A stretch of DNA of 64,000 nucleotides from Eledone cirrhosa (GCA_964016885.1 OZ024740.1:283154001-283218000), one strand, 5' to 3'. Numbered from the stretch's first letter, positions 26,575 through 41,044 are shown. Translations and numbers: made by a program. Notes: a model not told the origin generated them from the letters alone.

Positions 26575-29500
26575 TGTCTGACAGGTATCGAGTAGATTTC
26601 CCCAATGTGCCAGTATGGACATGGACCAACCGAATGGGGTCATCTAGGTCGTATATAGACAGGATTTTCATTAGGAAAATAGATAGAAATAGTGTGGGCT
26701 GCCCACTTTTTAAAACGGTCGCCTATTCAGATCACAAATTTGTGATCTGTACGGCCAACCTAGATAAAATACGTAGGTTAGGACCGGGTTACTGGAAGCT
26801 GAACATGTCATTTCCGGCACGTAAGGCTTACAGGGACCGAGTCAACAATTTAGTTAAGCAAAAGTTGACAGGAGGATCATCAACAACAGATGGTGGGGGG
26901 CTCTCAAAAGAGAGATTAGAGTAACTTCGATAGATTTCAGCAAAGAACGAGCGTTAAAGAAAAATAGAAAGGTGGGGGAGCTGGTAGATAAGTTAGACGA
27001 GGCTATTTGTAGTGGCATTGCAACTGACGTGCTAGCGGCGAGAATGGCATTAGACCATTTCTTCAATGCGAAACACGAAGATTGCATTATCAGAGTTAAG
27101 GCGCGTGCGCTGAGAAACGAGGGAACCAAAGCTATTCGATGGGCCCGCGTGGCGGAGGCGCAGCGTGGTAATATAACCACAATTCGGTCTTTGGCAGACC
27201 GAGACGGACACGAGATAAGCGATTCCAAGCGGATGTGTGAGGCCTTTCGCCAGCACTTTGCTCGGTTGTTCGGGGAGAGTGGCGAGTCAGAGAGAGTAGC
27301 GGATTTCAGTCCCTACCTTGACGGCTTACCGCGCATGTCGACGATCGACGCTGAATGCTGCGAAAGTCCGATTACTTCAGCCGAAATTCAGGACGCCCTT
27401 GTCGGCTGCTTGAGGCGCAAGTCACCCGGTTTGGATGGCCTGTCCTACGAGCTTTACGTAAATATGCCAGACTTGTTCTCCGAACTCATCGAAGCACTCT
27501 ACTGCAACTGGCAGCAGAATGGGGGTATTCCCAGTTCTGTGAGCAGAGGAGTGGTGACGCTGATAAGGAAAGACGAGAACAAGAGGGATACATTAGACAA
27601 CTTTAGGCCCATAACTCTGCTCAACACAGAGTTTAACATTTTGGCCAAGGTGTTAGCAAAGAGATTGGCGCTTGTCGTCGAGGATTTGGTTGAGGAGGCG
27701 CAAACTTGCGCAATCCCAGCCAGTCCATACACGACAATCTCCACCTCATGCGATACATCATAGAGAGGGTAGGGTGTAAACCTGGCTTCGGTGGGGCACT
27801 GATCAATTTAGATCAATCGAAAGCATTCGATAGGGTCGACCATCGGTATCTGGAGTTTGTCCTCAGAGCTGCTGGCTTCGGCGCTGTCTTTAGAAGCTGG
27901 ATCGCTGCAATGCACAGCAGCACACGCTAGGTGGTCAAGGTTAATGGTCACCTCTCGGAACCATTTCGTCCCTCCCGATCGGTCTGTCAAGGGTGCTCTC
28001 TCTCTTCCCTTCTGTACGTATTGACTCTCGAGCCTTTACTGCGGAAGCTGGAGCTGTTGCAGGGCATCCCGCTTGAACCGGAACGTGGAAAGGCTGTGTC
28101 GGCTTATGCGGACGACATCACCGTGATGGTGTCGAACACCTCAGAAATCGAGGTGGTCGGCACTTTATTGAAGGAATATGAAAGGTTGATAGGAGCCAAA
28201 CTTAACCCGGAAAAGTGAGTGGGCTTGCAGCTCGGAACCTGGAGAGGCAAGCCCATGCCGTCCAACAGCTTCATGGGGTGCTGGACGGACGGACCGGTAA
28301 AGTTGCTCGGGGTTTTGTTCGGACCAGACCTCCAGGTGGAAAAGAATTGGGACAAGGTAACGAGCAGAGTAGCCAGTCTCACCCAAAAATGGGCTGGGAG
28401 GAAGGTATCACTGAAAGGTCACGCGGAGGTGGCGAATGCGTACATCGCGTCCATCATCTACTACCGCCTGACCGTCGTGCCTTTCCCCCATCCGCGCCTC
28501 GTCAAGCTGGAACGGCTCCTCTTCAAATTATTGTGGAGGGGACAAGTTCCGTTGGTGAGGCGGTCCATCTGCTGCCAGCACCCTCTACGCTGAGGGCTGG
28601 GCATGCCGTGGCTAATGATGCGCAGACATGCGTTGAGGCTGCGACATCTCCAGATATTCTTCCTCAACGGTGAACAGGCGTGGTCGCCGTTTATCAGACG
28701 GGCCTTTCCGCAGCTCATTTCTTTGACTGAGCTGCAGTCCTGGGTCAAGAAGAGACCGAGACTGGGTGACTGGCACCTGGAATGTTGCCAGGCACTCACT
28801 GCCCTCTACCAAGTGGGCAATGCGATCAGTGGAACTTCCACTCTCGAGTTCTATAGAGGATTAGTGGTGGGCAAATGCGATGACGCACTCGGAGAAGCTT
28901 TGGGCCTCGACGAAGTCGAACTGACCAGTCTGTACCGGAGGACTTTTGAGCCGGGGACGATGGACAATTTACAGAAATCTCTCGCTTGGCAGTGCTACCG
29001 AGGGGCACTGCGGTTCGGGATAAACTCTACAGGCACGGAAATGCTGTCAGACGGACCTGCCCAAGATGCGCACAGAACGAAGAAACCGTTCTGCACGCAC
29101 TTGTCCAATGTCCGTGCATTACTGACTTGTGGAGTTATGTCGAACAGCTACTGTCGCGTGTGGAACGAATCCGGCTATCGGCCGAGTCCATAGTGAAGAT
29201 CGATCCACCGCCTTCCTTAGCTCAGGAAGAGCAGGAAATTTTCCTCTGTCTGGTGGCAGTTGCGAAAGAGATTATATGGTGGACCAGGTTGAAAGGACTA
29301 AAGACAGACACTTTTCTCTTCGGCCAATCCCTCATTAACTTCTTCAAGTTTCACCTAGAAAGGAAGGTGAGGGTGGAGAGAGAAGTGCTGCCACCCTGTA
29401 CATTTGCTAAAAGGTGGGTGAATGTGGCGAGAATGGCTCGTGTGAATGGGCCTACTCTGACCATGCGCCTATAGGCTAGCTAACTTGAGGAGAGGGGTGC

Positions 29501-29750
29501 TCTCCCTGAGTGCCCTAGAAGCGCAGGGTGGTTCAGGATTGGTGGGGTACCTGAAGCACCCCAGGGTCGTACACCCCCTATCGGGGAATTTATTTTGTTA
29601 TATTTATGCATAGTTTATTTTATATTTTTATATTTTCATTGTAAATTAGTCTTGCCATTGTGCACTTTTACTCCACCTTATTGGAAACCCCCACTGTCCC
29701 TGTCTTTGTATTGTCCCCTACATGTCGGCCCTGGTGGCTAATAAATGAAA

Positions 29751-29752
<2 letters not shown>
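26575..29752 (+). mobile_element. 5'-truncated L1/Tx1-type LINE, divergent subfamily B (disrupted ORF2)
   Basis: YIDR, SDH, KSPGLDG, FRPITLLN, DQSKAFDRV, QGCSLS, YADD, CPRC..ETVLHALVQC; stops and frameshifts; distinct 3'UTR; (TTA)n on both sides. Confidence 0.93.
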
Positions 29753-29824
<72 letters not shown>

Positions 29825-32800
29825 GGCGACCTACGTAGTAAATCGTATCATCGTGAGCTCCGCAAAGGTTTGTTATTTCCGTTTGTTAAAAATTGTCATT
29901 TATGGAAAATGTTATTGTTAACTGTTTATAAGCGCACATACATTGTTTTCCGAAAAGGACACCCAAAAAGATTGGGGCCTTGTGCCCAAAATTTTAACTT
30001 TTATTTTAACTTTTATTATTATCCAAAAATTTCTTTGAAAAAAATGGCTAATTCCCCTCTGCACGAAGCAGCTGAAAGCCTTCCTCACAAAATAACACCT
30101 CACACCGACACCACCATTGTAAATGTTACTACGTTTGCCAACACAAAAAAAATATAAGCAGTAGCAATATTTTAAATTTGTCTCAGGCAGACATTCATTT
30201 CCCGCCATTACCAATGACTGCAGGTGTTAAAGCCTCCACCACCACCACCACCGCGACAACCACCACCCCCACCACCACCGCGACAACAGAGACAAAAGAA
30301 GAAAACAATAAATTAACTCGTGATGTCGAAATGAAATCAAGCAAAATGGACTCTTCCGCACCAAAGACGAATGACGTCACCACCACCACAACTGAAACAA
30401 AGATTAAGGTTAACACAAATAACGATAGCAACAACAACAACAATGACATTATAAAACCGACGCTCAGTTTCGCCATCGTAGCAAAACAATTCGAAGCGTT
30501 CACGGTAACTCAAGAAGATTTAGAAAATGCCAAACAAATGGTAAAGAAAGATGGGTACAGGGTCAGCCTCACCCCCCACCTAATAAAATGGAGCATCGGC
30601 GCCTGTGCACCGTGTCGTATAGAACAATAAATGTAAAATCGCGCCGAGTGGAACGGGCATCCGAGTCCCAAATCCAAAAAGCTTTGAGACATGTGTGGGC
30701 AAGAAAAACCCACATCAGACGTGGGCAAAAGTATGGAACCGTGGATGTGTTCTTTGAAACACCAGAGGAGGCTAGAGAACACTCCATGGCCCCATTAAAA
30801 AGTGACGACCTCACACTCGTCCCAAGCTATTGTGGCCAGAGACTCGTAAAGATCAGGGTGACCCACGTTCCACCGGCCATCGAAATTCCCTGGCTAATAG
30901 CGGCTGTCCTCGCCGGCATCGAAGCCAACACGAAAATAATAGCAGTAGCAAAAGAAAAGCAGGAAAACTGGTCCGGATCTGGGATGGAGCTCCTGATCCA
31001 AGCGGACCAAAAAAGCATTGAGGAGATCCCAGAGGTAATAGACCACACTGACGGCAGCCACCTCACGGTAATTGTCGAGGGCAGAAGACCTAGGTGTGTC
31101 GTTTGTGGTGAAGGAACCCACCTAAGGGCTTTCTGCCCTCAGGCTAAAAGGTTGAGGCCACCTCTCCTACCCACCCCAGTGACACAACCATCAACACCAC
31201 CAGTAGCAGAGATGGCAGCAACAACTGTAGCAGCAACAACAGAAGCAACTATAACAGCAACAACTCCAGCAACAGTAGCAAAACCAACACCACTACCACC
31301 ACCAGCAAAACCAACACCACCACCACACAACGCTTCAGAACTAGCACCAGCGCCTACACCATCCACCACACCACAACCAAAACTAACGGCTGTGGAGGAT
31401 TTTCCACTCCCCGGCCTATCACAACTGGAGACAGATTGTGACGACGAGGAGTGGGAAACGATATCCGGAAAAAAAAAAGAAACCAAAAAAGAAAAAATTC
31501 TCTTCCTTCTCCCTCCAAAAACAAAACACAGAGGGAAACAAATAAATTAACAAACAAAAAAGTTAGGACAGATATGCCACAATCCACACCAACATCAACA
31601 ACCCCATCACCCCAAACACCAACACCATCACCATCATTAACCCCAACTACACCATCACCTACACCACAAAAGTCACCAAAATGCTTAACAGAAACAAACC
31701 CACAACAAACGCAAACAAAACAAAACAACCAAAACGATACACACTACACAGCATTAAATTTGAACAACAAGCAATTATTACACTACATCCAACACAACAC
31801 CAGCATCACAGAAAAAGACTACACAACAACCCCAAAATTCACACCACCTCCACACATACAAATCACTCGCATCACACAGAAAACGTACATGACACTAAAA
31901 CAAAAATTCCCAAAAGACATCGGAGACTTCCGACAAGCACTCTCCAGGAGGATTTATAAGGACATCCTTCCTGAGGAGGCCACAAGCAGTGAAAAGGATG
32001 GAAAAACCGTCCTTCCCCTACGAGAAGTAAGGTAAGTGGTCTTTCCCATCTTTTCCACTCCTTTTCAACATGACCTCACTCAGAATAGGCAGCATAAATG
32101 CGCGTGGCTTGGGTCGTAATGGAAGCAGGGCCACCTGCTCAACGACCTCAGGTCACTAAACATAGATGTAGTGGCCATCAGCGAGACCAGAATCTCCGAA
32201 GCACGGGCCTTCGCACCGATCTTCGGCGGCTACGATTTGTACGCATCTCCCAGCCGTCCGGGATCGGTGGGAGGAGTTGCTGTGCCTTTTCGGAGAGGTT
32301 TGGATCTTGCCATACGGGCCATCTTCCTGGACCCAGAAGGTAAGTTGGTGGTGCTGGACGTGACCAGCGGAGACGGGCAAGCTTTCAGGTTAGTGGCCGT
32401 CTATGCCCCGACAGGAGCAGTGCGGTCTGATTTCTTCCGGCGTCTGGAGACCTTTCTTGGAACATCCCGCTCTTTAGTGTTAGTGGGCGACTGGAACGGG
32501 ATCTTAGATGCACGCTGGGATTGTGTGGGATTAGTGGATAGGGAAGGAGGGTGCAAGAGTCTCACCAACCTGCTCAGGCGTTTTGAACTGTCTGACAGGT
32601 ACCGATTGGATTTCCCGAATGTACAAATGCGGACTTGGACAAATCGCATAGGGTCATCCAGATAATATCTAGATAGAGTATTTTGTAGGGAAATAGATAG
32701 GTCTAGCATAGGCTGTCCACAATTCAAGATAGTCAGCTACACGGACCACAAATTGGTGATCTGTGTGCTTGACTTAGGCTTCATAGACGAGGACCCGGCA

Positions 32801-35659
32801 ACTGGAAGCTAAACACGTCCTTACCAGCGCGCAAGGCCTACAGAGACCGGATTAGCGAACTAGTTAAGCGGGCGTTGACGGCGGCCATCGTCAACAACAA
32901 GTGGCGGTTTGCTCTGAAAAGAGCAATTAGAATAGAGTCCATTAGGTTTAGTAAGGCTTTAGCAATAGAGAAAAATAGAGCAGAGGGAGAATTAGTTAAA
33001 AAATTAGACGAGGCACTTTGCAAAGGCATCGCGACCGACGTACTTGCGGCGAAATTGGCCCTTGACCAATTCTTCAATGCAAAGCACGAAGGCTGCGTTA
33101 TCAGAGCTAGGGTGCGTACTCTCAGACACGAGGGGACGAAAGCCGTTCAATGGGCCCGAGTGGTGGAGGCGCGTGCAAATGTGTGAAGCTTTTCAGCGAC
33201 ACTTCGCTCAACTGTTCGGGAGCAGCGGCGAGCCGGATCAAGGGATGGACTTTAGTGTCTACCTCAACGGACTGCCGCGGCTCTCGGCCACTGAGGCGGG
33301 GTGTTGCGAAAAGCTGATAACAGCCGCTGAAGTACGGGAGGCAATGACTGGCTGCACAAGGGGTAAATCGCCTGGTTTGGATGGTCTGCCCTATGAACTT
33401 TACGTACAAATGCCAGACTTGTTCGGAGGCCTCTTGGCGGACGTCTACTGCAACTGGTAACAGAACGGGAGAATTCCCAGCTCTGTGAGCCGAGGAGCGG
33501 TGGCGCTGCTGAGAAAGGATCCGAACAAGGGGGATAACATAGATAATTTTAGGCCCATAACTCTGCTAAACACAGAGTTCAAGATTTTGGCCAAGGTGCT
33601 AGCAAAGAGGTTGGCGCTTGTCGTTGGTGGTCTGGTGGGAGAGGCACAGACATGCGCCATTCCCGACAGATCCATCCACGACAACCTCCACCTCATGCGA
33701 TACATCGTAGAGAGGGTAGCTAGGGAACCTGGCACAGGTGGGTCTTTGATCAATTTAGATCAGTCGAAAGCCTTCGAGAGGGTCGACCATCGTTACCTAG
33801 AGGCAGTCCTGAGGGCGGCTGGCTTTGGGCCCGTCTTCAGAGGCTGGATCGCTGCCATGCACAGCAACATCTGCTCTGTAGTGAGAGTGAACGGTCACCT
33901 TTCGGAACCGTTCAACATCATGCACTCGGTCCGCCAAGGATGTCCCCTCTCGTCCCTATTGTACGTATTGACTCTCGAGCCATTACTGCACAAACTGGAG
34001 ACGTTGAGGGGGATCCTGCGCGAACTAGGATGCGGAAGATCCGTGTCAGCATATGCCGACGATGGCACCGTAGTGGTGTCGAACGCCAAACACATCGAGG
34101 CGATCGGCACTACACTAAGAGAATACGAAGCGGTGACAGGAGCAATGATCAACCAGGAAAAGTCAGTGGGCCTGCAGCTCGGCACCTGGAGAGGCAGGTC
34201 GATGCCGTCCAACAGCGTCGTCGGGCGCTGGACAGACGGACCGGTTAAATTGCTAGGCGTCTGGTACGGTCCAGACCTCCAGACGGACAAAAACTGGGAC
34301 GAGGTGACGAGCAGAGTGGCTTCTCTCACCCAGAAATGGGCCGAGAGGAAGCTATCTTTGAAAGGTCGAGCGGAGGTGGCTAACGCGTACATCGCGTCCG
34401 TCATCTACTACCGCCTGACCGTCGTACCTTGTCCTAGGCCCCGCCTGACTGCGCTGGAGCGTTTGCTCTTTCGCTTCTTGTGGAAGGGACGCGCTCCGAT
34501 GGTCAGGCGGTCCATCTGCTGTCAACACCCGCTACGTGGAGGGCTGTGCATGCCGTGGCTGATGATGCGCAGACACGCGCTCAGGCTACGACATCTCCAC
34601 CTCTTCCTCGACGGTGATCAGGTGTGGTCGCCGTTTGCTAGACACGTTTTTCCCCAGCTCGTCTCCTTGACGGAGCTGCAGTACTGGGTCAAGCGAAGAC
34701 CGAGAGGGAGCGCTTGGAGACTGGAATGTCTTCACGCGCTCACAGCCCTCGCCCAATCGGGCAATGTGATCGGTGGAAACTCCACCTTGGCGTTCTATAG
34801 GGGATTAGTGGAGGGGAAGAGCGACGACGTACTTGGAGAAACTCTAGGCGTCGACGAAAATCAACTAGCCAATCTCTTCGGAAGAACTTTCGGGCCGGGG
34901 CCTATGGACAACTTCCAGAAATCCCTGGCCTGGCAGTGCTACCGGGGTGCTTTGCCAGTTCGGGATAAACTTTACAGGCATGAGGTGCCGTCAGCCGGGC
35001 ATGTCCGAGATGCGCGCAGGGCGACGAAACCGTCCTGCACGCACTCGTCCAGTGTCCGAGCATTGCTGACTTGTGGGTTTATGTCGAACACCTGCTGTCA
35101 CGTGTAGGACGGATCCGGCTATCAGCTGAGTCCATCGTGAGGATTGCCCCGCCCCCTTCCTTTAGCGGGGAAGGGCAGGCAGTTTTTATCTGTCTGGTGG
35201 CCATGGCGAAAGAGATAGTATGGTGGACACGTTTGAAAGGGCTGAAGACGAGCACTTACCTCTTCGGTGATGCCCTGATTAACTTTTTCAAATTTCATTT
35301 GAAAAGGAAAATCAGGGTAGAGAGGGAAGTGCTCTCTTCCCAGCATTTTGTTGAAAGATGGGTGAGAGAAGCAAGTATGGCCCGAATGAATGGGCCTTCT
35401 CTGAGTATGTGTCTGTAAATTAAAAGTGGAAAACTGGGAGAGGGCACTTGCCCTGGTGGTCAGGGCCACTGTGGTCTTTTAATGGGCTTTCTCCACAAAT
35501 GTCCCTTGGAAGTCTCCCCCCTATTGGGGAATTTTTCTTTGTTATTTTATTTCAACCTCTGTTTTTTTACACGCAGAAATGCCCATTTGTACCGTCCTGT
35601 ATTGTCCTGTACTGTCCTTAATGTCTACTTATGTGAACCCTTGTGGTTAATAAAGAAAA

Positions 35660-35660
<1 letters not shown>
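29825..35660 (+). mobile_element. L1/Tx1-type LINE subfamily A, copy A2: near full length, frameshifted
   Basis: Same 5' end as A1; ORF1 pieces about 30043-32035; ORF2 pieces 32070-35418 including the 540-aa RT ORF with QGCPLS and YADD. Confidence 0.95.
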
Positions 35661-35722
<62 letters not shown>

Positions 35723-35826
35723 ATTCAAAGTAAAGGATGTCATGAATTAAGCAAAATCAAACATATGTCTTGTTTAAAAAAACAGCTCAAGTTAGAATTC
35801 AGAGAATGAAAAAAAATCCAGCGTTA

Positions 35827-36001
35827 ATCATAATAAAAACGTGAATAAAATATATGTATACACACATAAGTGTGCATTAAATACAACAAAACTTAAATCT
35901 ATAGACATTCAGTACATATTGTCTATAGTTTTAAGTTTTGATGCATTTTAATGCACACTTATATGTGTATAGATATATGTCATTCACTTTTTTATAATGA
36001 T
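35827..36001. repeat. Imperfect AT-rich hairpin of about 175 bp
   Basis: ATAAGTGTGCATTAAATACAACAAAACTTAAATCTATAGACA versus TGTCTATAGTTTTAAGTTTTGATGCATTTTAATGCACACTTAT. Confidence 0.85.
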
Positions 36002-36029
36002 ATATATATATATATATAAAGGCTTTATG

Positions 36030-36400
36030 AGAGGGCTCGAACACTTAACCAAGGATTTTAACAACTATTATCATGACATGCTGTTGAATAAACTATCCAA
36101 CATTGGAATCTGACGAAGCTACCACAATGGATTGAGTGTTTCCTATTGAACGGAACCCATTATGTTGTAATAGAATAAGTACGTTCAAACTTACCAAAAG
36201 TCATCAGTGCTCACCAGCAAGGCGCTGTATTGAACCCATTTCTCTTCAATATTTACAGAAATGTTATCATGTACGTCATCCCAACAACTGAAGAATCTAA
36301 GAACATTTCAATCCCTGGAAGATCATTAACTGAATGTGAGACTCAAGAGGCGTTCAATCGGATCTGCATATCCGTATTAATAAAAAAAATATTTTCTACT
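36030..36400 (+). pseudogene. Highly decayed CR1/L2-group RT fragment
   Basis: VISAHQQGAVLNPFLFNIY at about 36200 resembles the SGVPQGSVLGPLLFNIY motif. Confidence 0.45.
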
Positions 36401-37078
36401 AAATGAGGATAAAATTGAGCAATTTTACTTTGGAAAAGTTGATGCATTTAAGTTACCATATTCCCCTTCCTTGGGCGAATCCCTCGTGGCAACTAACAAA
36501 ACTAGACACCAAAGATTAACTCTCAATAATAAGGTAAACGGATATATATATAATTCAAAGGAAGAGCTTAGAACTCCAAGTTCATCGTCTGTTGAGATGG
36601 ACTTTGGCATTTACGACTCCCACTCAAATGGTGCCGGTCACCACAGCGTCTGACACAAGTCAAAGCACTGTCCTATGGAGTAAGAGATGAGGCAAAACAC
36701 CAACTTATAGCAATTAAAATAAAACAAGTACATATAGAATTTCATGTTACGAAAAGGGAAATGTATTGTGCCTCTTCTAGCACGAAACTCTCATGAGTGA
36801 AACAAAGGAAACAAGAAAAAAGAATATATATTTATATATATACATATATGAAACCATCAGGAATGTTCCACATTCCTGATGATTTCGTAGGAATTAAAAC
36901 GTTCTAGTCCTGTGGAAGTCACTTCTATATAAAATACAAGTGCTTACTCTCTACTAACGCATCGAGTACCTGACTCCATTCGAGAAACCATAGTGTTTAT
37001 GCGTGTATGTATATATATATATGTATGTATATATGCAGATGTGTGTGTATGTTGTGTATCTCTCTCTCCTTCTCCACT

Positions 37079-37127
<49 letters not shown>

Positions 37128-37155
37128 CCTATATATATATATATATATATATATA

Positions 37156-37329
37156 GAAACGGAGGAGTTGTGGTAAGGAACAAGATGGACCATAACGCAC
37201 CAGAGTACTGAATACTTAGGGTAGTAGAGTGGGTAATAGGAGAAAGTATGACCCCGACGGCTGAGCTCAAGCCGTTTCGACGGCTATTTCTGGACTGAAA
37301 TAGCCGTCGAAACGGCTTGAGCTCTGCCG

Positions 37330-37331
<2 letters not shown>
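37156..37331 (-). mobile_element. Short fold-back element family X, copy 1
   Basis: Shared with 41045, 41826 and 42480; arms 37256-37290 and 37297-37331; (TA)n flanks. Confidence 0.85.
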
Positions 37332-37372
<41 letters not shown>

Positions 37373-37854
37373 TATATATGTATGTATATGTGTTTATGTA
37401 TATGTGTTTATGTGTTGATCTGAACAAAATATTAGAGCACTTCATTCAAGATTTTAAGATATATGAAAAATATATATAAAAAATTATATATATTGTCTTC
37501 GTATCTCACAAAACAGAAATTTGCCGACAGGCATTTTTATCTATATGTTTAGACATCTTCATATGCACATACTAATATAGTTTCACGTTTACATATCTAT
37601 GCAGGTGTGAACAATTTTCACTGTATTTATAAGAGTGTAACTGTTGTTAATGCAACAGAGAAATTGTCTTATTAGCAACGTATCCTCATGTTTTATAATG
37701 TACAAATAACTGCTCAATTTTATGATAGAATGATCTGGAATTACAATTATGTACACACACACACACACACAGTTATATATATATATAGGTATAGATAGCC
37801 AGATAGAAAGAGAGAGAGGGGGAGAGAGAGAGATTATAGATATAGATATACATA

Positions 37855-37942
37855 TACGTATATACAGAAAGAGAGATATATGCATATATATATCTATATA
37901 TATATATATATATATATATATGCATATATCTCTCTTTCTGTA

Positions 37943-37950
<8 letters not shown>
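37855..37950. repeat. Inverted duplication centred on (TA)n
   Basis: TATACAGAAAGAGAGATATATGCA...TGCATATATCTCTCTTTCTGTATA. Confidence 0.85.
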
Positions 37951-37992
<42 letters not shown>

Positions 37993-38038
37993 TGTGCATA
38001 TATATATACATATATATATATATACGTGTGCATATGCA

Positions 38039-38074
<36 letters not shown>

Positions 38075-39132
38075 AATGCACACAAAATTGTGCGGCCATA
38101 TTGCTTTTTTAATATCTTATTCCAAATAACTATTAAGAATAATAGAGTGTTTCTTTAGCAAAACTGCTTTTTATTTCATTTACCGCTGAAACTTATTTTG
38201 TAAAAGGATGTTATAAGAATAATGAGAATTAAGACTACATGCTCACATTAATGCTTCTATATATTAGAGTTACTTCAATGATAATCACCCAGTAACACTT
38301 ATTATATAGACAAAGTGGCAGCATTTATTTTCACCAGGTTAACTTCGCAGATAGTTTCTCATTACTTCACACATCTTAGATATAGTAATTGAATGCAAGT
38401 CAAGAGATGAGTGAGATAAAAAGAAAAAAAAACTACACACAAACACAAGAAAAAGTGATACGTTAGCGGTGACTCCCTCCAAAAATGAACAAAAAGTCAT
38501 TACGATGCAATTTTTACGTTTAAGAAATAATCAATGTTAACTGTGAGTATCATGTAATTTCATAATTGATTGGAGTATAAAATGATGCTTCTTTGAATAA
38601 TTGCAATATACACCGGGCAAATAGTTGAAAATGCATATCAGGAAGTTTAATACTATTGACCTGATACATTATGTGGTGATGGTATTTAAAGTAGTATAAT
38701 GGTTGTATTTGTGGTTGCAAGTGTTTCTATTTAAACTGTTTTGTGTCAGTATTATCCATTATACCATTGCAGTTTGATTTGCATCAATCAACCCAAGGAA
38801 ATGCAAATACTATACACGTAAATGTTTACTTTTAAATCTTAAATTAATATAATATACATCTATCTATTTATTTATCTATATATGTTTCTATCCATCATTC
38901 TACCTACATACCTACCTAGATACAAAAGGTTAAATATTCACCAATATGTATATGTACAATATGTACACAGATACATAAACATATTTATAGAATAGACTAT
39001 ACATGCGTCTGTGTAGGTACGGACAAACGTGCAAGCATGAACACGAATTTATATTCATATACGCAGAAAGGAAAAATCCTCACATCCATAGACGCTAGTT
39101 GCTTGTATTTGGGGGTGTGTGTATGTGTGTGT

Positions 39133-39274
<142 letters not shown>

Positions 39275-39329
39275 CAAAGCCATTAGGTAAGCAGACCAGT
39301 CAAGACAGGGTGTAGTGATTTTAAATATT

Positions 39330-39512
39330 ATTGGCAATATCGGTAGAGGGTCGGATGTCATGCTTTGACGCATAGAATTACGGCCCTTTCCATTCTGAGT
39401 TCAAATCGCGCCGAGGTCAACTTTGCCTTTCATCCTTACGGGGTCGATAAAATAAAGTACCAGTAATGTACTAGGTAATTGCTGGCCTTGTGCCAAAAGT
39501 AGAAACAATTAT
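39330..39512 (+). mobile_element. tRNA-derived SINE, same family as 20670-20853
   Basis: Colinear with the 20670 copy, ending AAAGTAGAAACAATTATTA. Confidence 0.88.
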
Positions 39513-39577
39513 TAAACACAGTCTTTACCAATCCTGTAGCTCCCCCAGTCCCCCGTACCATGTATATATATATATAT

Positions 39578-39675
39578 ATATTCATTAGTTAACCAAAACA
39601 AGACCACACATTTCACAAGGAAGACATTATTAAAAGATTGTCCACATAGTTTTAGTTTGATGTAAGGAATGTAGA

Positions 39676-39714
<39 letters not shown>

Positions 39715-40728
39715 TGTCCGTTTACAATTGTTTCGCTACTCCATATAATGTTTCTCGATCAAATGATTATAGATCATTATTGATCTGGTTAAGTTGAAAA
39801 TAATTAACTTAGGTACAATTAGAGCAGCTCATCGGAACTTCAAAAGGAATATAAATTAAAATAAGGAAAGAATGTTACATGAATGTAATGTTCCATATAT
39901 TGGTATTTCACTATGGTGTCCTGGGTATATCTATTGTCTGCCATAGTCGAGCAGTATTCTTCTGTCGAGGCTGCATTGGGTGAAATCTGCCTATGTGTAA
40001 CAAGATGGCCGCCAATGGACATATTTACCTTAGTAATTAGAGGGTGGTTTCAGGGGAAGTAACTCCTAGAGAAATTAGAAATTGCGGGTAGTTTATAGTT
40101 ACAAAATTGCTAATTTTTTAATTTTTTAATTGAGAGACAATGTAAGGGAGGTAACTTATAATTATCTAAGTTAGCTATAACTATTTAACTTATTAGCTAT
40201 AAGCAAAAATGGGGCTAGATGACTATGTTGGGTCAAATTTCTCTAGGAGTTACTTCCCCTGAAACCACCCTCTAATTAGTAAGGGAAATATGTCCATTGG
40301 CGACCATCTTGTTACCCATAGGCAGATCTCACACAATGCAGCCTCGACAGAAGAATACTGCTCGACTATGGCAGACAATAGATATACCCAGGACACCATA
40401 GTGAAATACCAATATATGGAACATTACATTCATGTAACATTATTTCCTTATTTTAATTTATATTCCTTTTGAAGTACCAATGAGCTGCTCTAATTGTACC
40501 TAAGTTAATTATTTTCAACTGAACCAGATCAATAATGATCCATAATCATTTGATCCAGAAACATTATATGGAGTAGCTAAACAATTGTAAACGGACATTA
40601 TTAATATTATTATTATTATTATTATTATTCTCTACATTCCTTACATCAAACTAAAACTATGTGGACAATCTTTTGATAATGTCTTCCTTTTGAAATTTGT
40701 GGTCTTGTTTTGCTTAACTAATGAATAT
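39578..40728. mobile_element. Large non-coding inverted-repeat element: arms of about 500 bp, 159-bp spacer, Penelope-like
   Basis: 39578-40076 is the reverse complement of 40236-40728; the mirrored 60-aa ORFs in the track confirm the symmetry. Confidence 0.85.
39717..39848 (-). ncRNA. Hammerhead-like motif with 80-nt insertion in stem II and CCGAUGA core
   Basis: Reverse complement: GTT CCGATGA GCTGCTC [80 nt] GAGTAGC GAAA CAATTG TA AAC; the mirror copy 40464-40595 has further core mutations. Confidence 0.68.
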
Positions 40729-40918
40729 TTCCAGCTCTGTTCATCTAACATCTGCATGAACCCAGCCACCTAGCTACCTTCCGCTACAAATTGCACATGA
40801 GCACATGCTTTACGCTTTGGCTTCTAACTAATTCACCAATCTCTCTTCTCCTCTACTATCTCCTCTCCTATCTCCTCTCCTATCTCCATCTCTCTCTTTA
40901 AGATTGGTTACTCTTGAA

Positions 40919-40994
<76 letters not shown>

Positions 40995-41044
40995 GTATAT
41001 ATATATATGTATATATGTATATATATATATATATATGTATATAT

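Noticed and set aside
36850-36910. 16-bp-arm palindrome containing CTGATGA
   Set aside because: No GAAA or stem I partner downstream; at most a remnant.
39840-40472. Two near-identical 60-aa ORFs on opposite strands (likewise 16239-16481)
   Set aside because: They arise from the inverted repeats and have no recognisable domain.
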